From an uncultured bacterium (GTDB lineage: Bacteria; Bdellovibrionota_C; UBA2361; CALJRW01), in assembly GCA_937976335.1 (NCBI GenBank), contig CALJRW010000057.1:1-63909 (forward strand): 63,909 bases of DNA, written 5' to 3'. The notes beneath the pieces are model-generated. The model ran no database searches. It was not told the DNA's origin and saw only the letters and a program-made list of their open reading frames with translations. Positions 30,130 to 37,956 of the stretch are shown here, in pieces; position 1 is the stretch's first letter; every line of letters begins with the position of its first letter. A program made the position numbers and the translations under genes.

Positions 30130-30753
30130 TTACAAAAATTTTGATGGACAGAGTTCTGACACTTCACAATTAACACAATCTGGGTTCTGCGCCTTACAAA
30201 CCCTTCTTCCGTGAAGAATTAACCAATGATGAAGATTCCTCCAAATACTTTTAGAAAATCCTTTCATTAACTGCTTCTCAATATCAAGTGGGGTTTTGCC
30301 TTTAGCTAGGCCTAATCTTTGAGAAACTCGAAAAACATGAGTATCAACAGCAATTGTTGGAGTGACTACTAACTCACCAAGAACTACATTTGCAGTTTTT
30401 CTTCCGACACCTGGTAGCTTTATGAGTTCGTTATGTTTTCTAGGCAATCTTCCCTTGTAGTTTTCTATTACCATTTTAGCCATATTTACTATATTTTTAG
30501 ATTTAGTTTTATAATAGTTAACCTGTCTAATTATTTTTTCTATTTGACTAATTTTTGCTTCTGAAAGTTTTTTAAAAGACGAAAAATCTTTAAATAGAGT
30601 AGGAGTTACTTCGTTAACTTTTTTGTCAGTACATTGTGCTGATAAAATTACTGACACTACTAATTGATATGTATTTTTAAAGTTGAGCTCAGATTCAGGC
30701 TCAGGATATAATATTTCAAAAGTTTTTATGAGTTTTGTTTTATTCATATTCAA
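30130..30753 (-). CDS. nth: Endonuclease III
   Basis: LSAQCTD, LPGVGRKTA (HhH), VDTHV, C-x6-C-x2-C-x5-C FeS motif. Confidence 0.96.
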   Translation of the reverse strand: MNMNKTKLIKTFEILYPEPESELNFKNTYQLVVSVILSAQCTDKKVNEVTPTLFKDFSSFKKLSEAKISQIEKIIRQVNYYKTKSKNIVNMAKMVIENYKGRLPRKHNELIKLPGVGRKTANVVLGELVVTPTIAVDTHVFRVSQRLGLAKGKTPLDIEKQLMKGFSKSIWRNLHHWLILHGRRVCKAQNPDCVNCEVSELCPSKFL

Positions 30754-31318
30754 ACTTTAATTCACAAAAATTTTTCTCATGATGAAAATCTGGTTTCCCT
30801 CCTTCATTCCACCCATGTGAAAAGTAATAAGGAGATTCATCATATAAAATAGAAGCAACATTAAGCTTACATTTGGTAAAATCTATCCCAAGCAATAAGT
30901 CTTTTTCTAAAAAACAAAAATTTATTTCCCAATAATTATCTCCATAAGTATTTTCTACTATCTCAGGATCAAATTTAACTTCTTTTTTTCTCTCTCTATA
31001 ACCCTTAAATAAGGCGGACCACCAGGCTCCTGCAGGGCTAATATTAAATTCTTGATATGTTTTGTTTTGAGGATTCATTATAAAAATTTCAGAAACATCC
31101 ATATCACTTAAGTTTTCTTTAAAAGTGCCTTTTGTAAGTTTTTCATAATATGGATTTTTTAAACATTTAAATTTAAAAGAAATCAGCTCATCTTTAAATC
31201 CTAGCTTATAAAAACATTGATATTTTGCTTTTTCCCCAAACCAGTCTTTTTTTATTTCTATATACTCATCGTTCTTTAAATTGGAAGTAGTATAAATAGT
31301 TATTTCTTTGCTGGTCAT
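30740..31318 (-). CDS. DOMON/CBM9-like hypothetical protein
   Basis: DVSEIFI, YQEFNISPAGAW, KPDFH. Confidence 0.6.
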   Translation of the reverse strand: MTSKEITIYTTSNLKNDEYIEIKKDWFGEKAKYQCFYKLGFKDELISFKFKCLKNPYYEKLTKGTFKENLSDMDVSEIFIMNPQNKTYQEFNISPAGAWWSALFKGYRERKKEVKFDPEIVENTYGDNYWEINFCFLEKDLLLGIDFTKCKLNVASILYDESPYYFSHGWNEGGKPDFHHEKNFCELKFEYE

Positions 31319-31378
31319 TTTAAGAATGTAGTGTTATAAAGTTACAAAAGCATTCACTGTTTTCAGGAGTGACTATAT

Positions 31379-32218
31379 ATGAATAATACAGAAACAGATA
31401 CAAACAATCTAGCCTTATCTCCAATAACAGTACCAAAGCTGTTAGCTAAAAAAGGCAAAGAAAAAATAGCTGCATTAACAGCTTATGATTATACTTTTGC
31501 AAGATTGTTAGATGCTACAGGCATTGATTTTATTTTGGTTGGAGATTCGCTTAGCTCAGTTATTCAAGGACATCCCAGTACTATACCAGTCACTCTTGAT
31601 GAAATGATCTATCATTGCAAATGTGTTTCTCGTGGAGTAGAGCAAGCCTTAGTTGTGGGAGATCTTCCGTTTATGACATATCAAATTTCACCAGAACAAG
31701 CTCTTCAATCTGCAGGTAGATTAATAAAAGAAGGTGGAGTTTCTGCTGTAAAGCTTGAAGGAGGAATCTTAATGGAGAAAACCATAGAAAGAATAGTTAA
31801 TATTGATATTCCAGTTATGGGGCATGTTGGTTTAACTCCTCAAAGCTATCACAGAATGGGTGGGCATAGGATTCAAGGTAAGAAATCTGGAAATATTGTT
31901 GGTTCAAAAGAAAGAGTTTTAGAGGATGCCAAGGCTGTAGAGCGTGCAGGAGCTTTCGCTATCGTTTTAGAAGGAATACCTTCTAAACTTGCTAAAGAAA
32001 TTACTGATACAATATCTATTCCAACAATTGGAATTGGAGCAGGTTTAGATTGCGATGGACAGATTTTAGTTACTCACGATATGCTTGGTTTAAATTCAGA
32101 CAAAGTTCCTAGCTTTGTTACTGAATATTTAAACTTAAATAAAGATATTTCTAAATCGATTAACTCTTATATGAAAGATACTAAAAAAGAAGAAAAGCTG
32201 AAAATTAAAGCTGCGTAA
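31379..32218 (+). CDS. panB: 3-methyl-2-oxobutanoate hydroxymethyltransferase
   Basis: LTAYDY, LVGDS, VKLEGG, GHVGLTPQ, IGIGAG..CDGQILV. Confidence 0.97.
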   Translation: MNNTETDTNNLALSPITVPKLLAKKGKEKIAALTAYDYTFARLLDATGIDFILVGDSLSSVIQGHPSTIPVTLDEMIYHCKCVSRGVEQALVVGDLPFMTYQISPEQALQSAGRLIKEGGVSAVKLEGGILMEKTIERIVNIDIPVMGHVGLTPQSYHRMGGHRIQGKKSGNIVGSKERVLEDAKAVERAGAFAIVLEGIPSKLAKEITDTISIPTIGIGAGLDCDGQILVTHDMLGLNSDKVPSFVTEYLNLNKDISKSINSYMKDTKKEEKLKIKAA

Positions 32219-32249
32219 CTAGCTAAACCAATTTTTGAGAGTATAATTG

Positions 32250-32501
32250 CTATTTAGTAAAATTATCCCAATTTCCTGCAGAGGGTACTACCAATAATTT
32301 TCTTTTCCCAGAGAGGCTAATTTTAACTTGTAAATTATCATTTCCGTTTCTACCTCTGCCATCTCCAAAGACAAATGCATCGTTTGTACATCTAAGAATA
32401 GGTAACCTAGAATTAGAAAAAGTAATGCCTCTCTCGTTAAACTCAGACTTTGCAATCATCTTTGCTGTGTACATTGAAACTGACATTTTATTAACCTCCA
32501 A
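32250..32501 (-). CDS. Small hypothetical protein downstream of the subtilase
   Basis: GGAGG RBS before MSVSMY (likely start about 32486); follows the S8 gene directly. Confidence 0.55.
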   Translation of the reverse strand: MEVNKMSVSMYTAKMIAKSEFNERGITFSNSRLPILRCTNDAFVFGDGRGRNGNDNLQVKISLSGKRKLLVVPSAGNWDNFTK

Positions 32502-32507
32502 AAAATT

Positions 32508-34001
32508 TTAAAATAAATCTGAAATCAAACTATGCCATTTTTTAGGACAGTTAAATTTCTTACGACATTTCTTACGACATTTACTTCTTTCGCTTCCTTT
32601 AGGATTGTTACGTATACATTTCTTATCACATTTTTTCCATTTAGTTCTTCTACATTTTTTAGGAGGAGTTGGATTAATGTCAGGTCTAAACATAAAGTAT
32701 GTATTTAGAATTCCATTACTCCTAACCTTTCCATTAACAGGTCCCCAAGGTCTAGCTTGTTGCAGAGTTCTGTTGATTAAACTTTGCCAAGGAATAGGAG
32801 AATAAGAATAAAGTAGAGCAATTGAGCCTGTAACATGAGGGGCAGCCATGGAAGTTCCAGATAGTGCAATGTAAGCATTGCCAGGAATGTAGGTTGAATA
32901 TATATCAACACCAGGAGCTGCAATATCAACTGAGTTTGCACCGTAGTTAGAAAAATTAGCTAAGTTTCCATCAAAATCAATTGCAGCAACTGAAAGTACG
33001 TTATCTAAGTTATAAGATGCAGGGTAGTATGGGGTAATATCGTTATTAATTGCAAAATTTCCTGCTGCAGCAACAAAGGTTATTCCTAATGGAGTAGCTC
33101 TTGCAATTGCATCTTTTAGCATTTGACTATAACCAATACTTCCCCATGAAGCATTAGCAACAACAATAGGTTCACCAAATTGTTGTTTTAGCATAACAAG
33201 GTAATCAACTGCTTTTACTGCATTTAACAAACTGCCTGAACCCTGTGCATCTAAAAATTTAAGAGTCATTATCCTGCAATCCCAGTTAATACCTACAACT
33301 CCAGTTCCATTATCTCCCTCAGCACAAATAGTTCCGGCAACGTGTGTTCCGTGTCCGTTATCATCTCTAGGATAATGAGGAAATGTTGAATTTATAAAGT
33401 TTACACCGTGAATATCATCAACATATCCATTATTATCATCATCAATATTATTTAATGTTTCTCGACGATTAATCCAAAGATTACCGCTAAGATCTGTATG
33501 ATCAAAGTTAGTTCCAGTATCAATTACAGCAACAATTACCTGACTACCTGTTCTGTAATTCCATGCTAAGTGTGCATCTACTCCTAAATTTGCATTAAGT
33601 CCCCAAAGCATATTGTTATCAAAAAATGTATCATCAGGATTAAGTGCTAGTTTTATTCTGTAATTAGGTTCGCAATTATATCCAGAAATTGGATCAGTTT
33701 TACATTTATCTTTAGAAGGATTGTATTTAACTATTCTTTTAGTAGCAGTTGCAGTAAAGGCTGAGCCTTGCTTCCTTGGTACAGCTAGTTTAAATTTTTC
33801 ATTTACTCCAGAAATAATATGAAACTTTTGGTCAAGTTTGGTTTCGGGACTAACTTCTCCGCGTTGCAGAGTAGTTTGAGTATTTTGCTTTTGAAAAATA
33901 TACTCATCCTCATAAACTTCAAGTTCAGGTGGTGCAGCATAGGAGTTAGAGAGACTTATCATTAATACTGCAAAATAAATTAAAAAAGCGTTTAGTTTCA
34001 T
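32508..34001 (-). CDS. Secreted subtilisin-like S8 peptidase with a Cys/Lys-rich C-terminal tail
   Basis: Signal peptide; VAVIDTG, HGTHVAG, AAAGN, GTSMAAPHV. Confidence 0.92.
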   Translation of the reverse strand: MKLNAFLIYFAVLMISLSNSYAAPPELEVYEDEYIFQKQNTQTTLQRGEVSPETKLDQKFHIISGVNEKFKLAVPRKQGSAFTATATKRIVKYNPSKDKCKTDPISGYNCEPNYRIKLALNPDDTFFDNNMLWGLNANLGVDAHLAWNYRTGSQVIVAVIDTGTNFDHTDLSGNLWINRRETLNNIDDDNNGYVDDIHGVNFINSTFPHYPRDDNGHGTHVAGTICAEGDNGTGVVGINWDCRIMTLKFLDAQGSGSLLNAVKAVDYLVMLKQQFGEPIVVANASWGSIGYSQMLKDAIARATPLGITFVAAAGNFAINNDITPYYPASYNLDNVLSVAAIDFDGNLANFSNYGANSVDIAAPGVDIYSTYIPGNAYIALSGTSMAAPHVTGSIALLYSYSPIPWQSLINRTLQQARPWGPVNGKVRSNGILNTYFMFRPDINPTPPKKCRRTKWKKCDKKCIRNNPKGSERSKCRKKCRKKFNCPKKWHSLISDLF

Positions 34002-34057
34002 ATTTTCCCTTAAGAAGCTATACTAAGCTTAAACCGTATTAGTTACTTATTCAAGAA

Positions 34058-34519
34058 ATGAGCAAAGAACCCATAAAAACAGTTACAACTAACAGAAAAG
34101 CCAAATTTAACTATCATATTCTAGATACCTTTGAGGCTGGTATGGTATTAAGAGGTAATGAAATTAAGTCTATAAGGGAAGGTGGAGTTACAATTAACGA
34201 AGCTTATGTGAAAATTGAAAATGATGAAATTTTTCTAATTGGAGCTCATATTAACGAGTACAGCCATAGTGCTGGATTTGAATATAATCCAACTCGCGCT
34301 AGAAAGTTGCTATTACATAAAACTCAGATTTCTAAAATAAGAGGGTCTGTAGAAAAAAAAGGTACAACAATAGTGCCTTTAAAAATTTACTTAAAAGCAA
34401 GAAAAGCAAAAATTGAAATTGCTATAGCAAAAGGTAAAAATGCGCCTGACAAGAAAAAAACAAAGATAAATCAAGAAAAAAAACGTGAAGCAGAACGCTA
34501 TTTGAAAAATAATTATTAG
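34058..34519 (+). CDS. smpB: SsrA-binding protein
   Basis: NRKAKFNY, EAGMVLRGNEIKSIR, RARKLLLHK, GK..PDKK. Confidence 0.96.
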   Translation: MSKEPIKTVTTNRKAKFNYHILDTFEAGMVLRGNEIKSIREGGVTINEAYVKIENDEIFLIGAHINEYSHSAGFEYNPTRARKLLLHKTQISKIRGSVEKKGTTIVPLKIYLKARKAKIEIAIAKGKNAPDKKKTKINQEKKREAERYLKNNY

Positions 34520-34687
34520 CTAGTAGAGATGCTTATTTATCACATAAGATACTTTTAACCTATTATTACCTGAGTTCTCACTTAGAATCTTTATTCTAAA
34601 ATTAGGGTTTTTGTACAACTTAGTAAGATTCTCGTTTACAATAAGTAAACTTTTATCTGCTTGTTATTTGTTACGGAGGAATGGATT

Positions 34688-34951
34688 ATGGGAACTGAAG
34701 TTAGTCATGATGGTGGGAACTTATTACCTGGTGCTGAGAATCTAAAAGTTTCCATATTTAGTAAGTTTAGGAATGAAAAAGGCAGTCTTAGGCATAAAAA
34801 AGAAGCAGCTCCAGCTCAAGTTTCAGAGCTTGAGGATTCTCAACTTCCTAGGGGATATAATCAATTAAAAAACGATAGTTTTCAATATGCCGGTTTGCCG
34901 CGTTTGGTAAGAATTTTACAAAGGCAAGTTAGTGAGAGGGGTGGGGATTAG
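34688..34951 (+). CDS. Small hypothetical protein
   Basis: GGAGGA RBS before ATG 34688; no recognised motif. Confidence 0.45.
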   Translation: MGTEVSHDGGNLLPGAENLKVSIFSKFRNEKGSLRHKKEAAPAQVSELEDSQLPRGYNQLKNDSFQYAGLPRLVRILQRQVSERGGD

Positions 34952-35090
34952 AAAGTATTTCTATATTGTTTTCCTTCTGGGAGACTTAGGGTAATTTTCA
35001 ATTCACTTCAGTATATATTTGAGCATACTTATTCATCGTCAAAATTAAGTTTTTTAGAAACTTTTTTAAAAGTTTTTCGATTAATTGTAT

Positions 35091-35330
35091 ATGAGATATG
35101 TTTATATTTTGAGGAGCGAGAAGGTATTTGCTCAGAGATATACAGGTATTACAAGTGATTTAAAAAAACGTCTTAAGTATCATAATGAAGGTAGATCTAT
35201 TCATACTTCAAAATACCGTCCATGGAGGATTGAAACTTATATAGCTTTTATAGATGAAAAAAAAGCAGTAGAATTTGAAAAATATCTTAAAACTGGTTCT
35301 GGTTGGGCATTTTCATTAAAAAGATTCTAA
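35091..35330 (+). CDS. Minimal stand-alone GIY-YIG nuclease
   Basis: YVYIL…YTG.T.DLKKRL..HN.G…TSKYRPW…A..FEKYLK. Confidence 0.9.
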   Translation: MRYVYILRSEKVFAQRYTGITSDLKKRLKYHNEGRSIHTSKYRPWRIETYIAFIDEKKAVEFEKYLKTGSGWAFSLKRF

Positions 35331-35332
35331 CT

Positions 35333-35554
35333 TCCCACTTCGCCTCAGCTAAGGTTGAGTGCTACGTGGGACGCGTCCCAGTTGTATTTGTTTAGAAAGT
35401 GAGTTTTTACGGTTTTGAGAAATGCCCCACTTCGCCTCAGCTGAAGCTGAGTGCTACGAGGGACACACTCCTAACACAATCAACAAAGAAAGATCAGACT
35501 TAGAACAGGGCCTGCCACACGAAGCACCTAGCCAAAGGCTAGGGCGAAGTGTGG
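35333..35554. repeat. Three copies of a ~40-nt imperfect hairpin motif (two +, one -)
   Basis: CCCACTTCGCC-[hairpin]-GTGCTACG(T/A)GGGAC at 35333-35371 and 35425-35463; inverted copy at 35515-35554. Confidence 0.85.
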
Positions 35555-35917
35555 AGGTGGGGGGATTCGAACCCCCGTCCGAAAAACTTAAACCAAAGCT
35601 TTCTACACGTTTAGTATCCATTTAGTTTCTTACAAATTAGCAACACGGTACAAATACTAATTTGCCAGTCTCAAGTTTTTCACATAAAGAGTAGAGACAG
35701 TCTCTTTATGCAATCCTGTTAGTATTATACTAATAAGCAGCCACAGGCACGCTACTTACTAGCATCACTTTATAAGCTTACGCCGCTAAAGCGAAGTTGC
35801 CCTCTTGGGCGTTATCAAAGTTTGCACTTATGATGTTTTCCGTTTTTTTACCAGGCCAACGGAGTCCTGGACGTGCTTACAATAATCGCGAGAATCCCGT
35901 CGAAACCGGACACCCCC
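35552..35917 (-). ncRNA. ssrA: tmRNA; tag peptide (A)ANFDNAQEGNFALAA
   Basis: 5' GGGGGTG…TTTCGAC; 3' GGACGGGGGTTCGAATCCCCCCACCTCCA; tag frame 35825-35778 ends LAA-stop; smpB 1 kb away. Confidence 0.96.
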
Positions 35918-35928
35918 TTGCTACTCTC

Positions 35929-35934
35929 ATTATA
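35929..35934 (-). promoter_or_regulatory. -10 box (TATAAT) of the tmRNA promoter
   Basis: Exact TATAAT 11 nt upstream of the mature 5' end; -35 is weak. Confidence 0.5.
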
Positions 35935-36076
35935 CACTATAATCATTATTATTAAAAAAATCGAAGTTTACACAGGGAAGTTTTAAGTATAGTGCTTGTA
36001 TTGTAACGAATTACTATTAATGATGTGAGTTAACATACTGAATCAAGCAAATAATCGTAAATATTCGCTTTGGACT

Positions 36077-36237
36077 GTCTGGTGCCGGCAACATTTCTCC
36101 CTTGTTCTTAGCTTCAAATTAAGAAATTGCATATATCGACAAAAATTCTGAAAATTTTCTTAAGTTTTGATTTTTTTTGAGATTATTTCTGGAATGAATG
36201 TTGCTGGCACCAGGCCTTTCGCAGCACCAGGCCTTTC
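36077..36237. repeat. 19-bp inverted repeat pair plus a 14-bp direct duplication
   Basis: GTCTGGTGCCGGCAACATT (36077-36095) versus AATGTTGCTGGCACCAGGC (36197-36215), 17/19; GCACCAGGCCTTTC at 36207 and 36224. Confidence 0.65.
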
Positions 36238-36397
36238 ATAGAGTTAAGGCTAGAAATTTTAGATTTTCTAGAGTTGTTCATTTAAAACCCTATATTATAA
36301 TTAAATACTTAAAATTGTTATATAAAATAATAATAATTTACAATATAGCTGTAAATTGTTATGATAATTTACAGCTATATTGTAAAAAAAGCAGCTT

Positions 36398-37537
36398 ATG
36401 AAATACATACCCAGGGTATTAAATTTAAAGGAAGAATTAAAGAAAAAGTCTTATTTTCTATTAGGCCCTCGTCAAACTGGCAAAAGTACAATTATACGAA
36501 AAGAACTTTCTGATTGTAGAACTTATAATTTACTCTTGAGCGACGTACTTCTAGAGTTAAGTAGAAATCCTTCAATAATAAGACATGAAGTTACGGCAAA
36601 AGATAAGATTGTAGTTATTGATGAAATTCAAAAACTTCCTCAGCTTCTTGATGAGGTTCAATACCTAATTGAAGAAAAAGGTATTAACTTTTTATTGACT
36701 GGATCAAGTGCACGCAAACTAAGACGTGGTGGCGTAAATTTACTAGGTGGGCGCGCTCGTTCAAAATTTCTTTTTCCTTTTACTTCGCATGAACTTTTAA
36801 ATAACTTTAATTTACATAAAGCATTAAATATTGGCTTGTTGCCATCTATTTATTTTTCTGATGAACCACGCAAGGATTTGAAGAGTTATGTAGGAAGCTA
36901 TTTAAAAGAAGAGATAGTTTCAGAAGCTTTAGTTAGAAATATTCCAGCGTTTAGCCGTTTTTTAGAAATTGCAGCACTTGGTAATGCTCAAATGCTTAAC
37001 TATACAAATATAGGAAATGATGCTCAAGTTCCAACTTCAACAGTTGTTGAGTATTATGAAATTTTAAAAGACACTTTAATAATATCCTTTCTACCAGCTT
37101 GGAAAGAAACTATAAAGAGAAAACCTATTTCTACATCTAAAGTGTATTTTTTTGACTCAGGGGTTGTTAGAAGTATTCAATCAAGAAAAGACTTAAGTCC
37201 TAAGACTGAAGCATATGGTGAAGCTTTAGAAACATTTATGCATAATGAAATAAAAGCTTATCTTGAATATAGCGATAAAGAAGGTTTGCATTATTGGAGA
37301 TCAAAGTCGGGTTATGAAGTTGATTTTATAATTGCTGAGAAAGTAGCTGTTGAATTAAAAAGCCAATCTGTATTCTCACCCAAACTTATTAAAGGTCTTA
37401 AAGCATTAAAAGAAGAAAATTTACTTGAAAGATATATTTTAGTGTCAAATATTGAGAGAGAAAAAAATATAGATGGGATAGAGATTTTGCCTATTAGTAA
37501 ATTTTTATCTTTATTGTGGGAGGGAGAGATAGTTTAG
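36398..37537 (+). CDS. AAA_14 ATPase with DUF4143 and a C-terminal PD-(D/E)xK-like domain
   Basis: Walker A GPRQTGKS, Walker B VIDEIQK, LTGSSAR, LLGGRA, KVYFFDSG, YWR..SGYEVDFI…ELK. Confidence 0.9.
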   Translation: MKYIPRVLNLKEELKKKSYFLLGPRQTGKSTIIRKELSDCRTYNLLLSDVLLELSRNPSIIRHEVTAKDKIVVIDEIQKLPQLLDEVQYLIEEKGINFLLTGSSARKLRRGGVNLLGGRARSKFLFPFTSHELLNNFNLHKALNIGLLPSIYFSDEPRKDLKSYVGSYLKEEIVSEALVRNIPAFSRFLEIAALGNAQMLNYTNIGNDAQVPTSTVVEYYEILKDTLIISFLPAWKETIKRKPISTSKVYFFDSGVVRSIQSRKDLSPKTEAYGEALETFMHNEIKAYLEYSDKEGLHYWRSKSGYEVDFIIAEKVAVELKSQSVFSPKLIKGLKALKEENLLERYILVSNIEREKNIDGIEILPISKFLSLLWEGEIV

Positions 37538-37559
37538 TTACGCAGTAGGCATATATTGA

Positions 37560-37811
37560 AGGAAATTTAAAACTAAAGTAATTGGAGTTGATGGAGAGTT
37601 AGCTGCTATAAAATCTATAAAGACTGGTAAAATGCAAGCAACTGTTGCTCAATTACCATACCTTATGGGAAGAACGGCGCTTATAGAAACTAAAAAATAT
37701 TTAGGTATGACTACTAAGGCTGGTAAATTTTCTAAGTATGTTCCAACAATAGTTGTAGATAAAAAAAAGCTTGAGAAGAGCGAAGAGCCATTATTGGCCT
37801 ATTTACGTTAA
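37560..37811 (+). pseudogene. C-terminal remnant of an RbsB-type sugar ABC transporter substrate-binding protein
   Basis: Manual translation KVIGVDGELAAIKSIKTGKMQATVAQLPYLMG…; in-frame TGA at 37557 and no 5' part. Confidence 0.75.
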
Positions 37812-37956
37812 GCTGAGAGATCAGCATGTACTACTATATAAAAAAACTCCAAGAAAACTGTAAATTATACGTGACATAAGACAAATATGTAAGAAGCAAA
37901 TACCTGACTTAATCTGATTATTTTGTAACTTGCTCAATTCAGTTTTAAAGGTGTCT

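Noticed and set aside
34520-35560. Integrative element or prophage at the tmRNA
   Set aside because: No integrase, no duplicated tmRNA 3' att fragment and no phage genes seen
35422-35625. 67-aa ORF on the + strand
   Set aside because: Runs through the hairpin repeats and antisense to the tmRNA 3' end (VEVGGFEPPS is the typical antisense tRNA-like translation)
36198-36401. 67-aa ORF upstream of the AAA ATPase
   Set aside because: Starts inside the inverted repeat, has low-complexity AT-derived composition and no clear RBS
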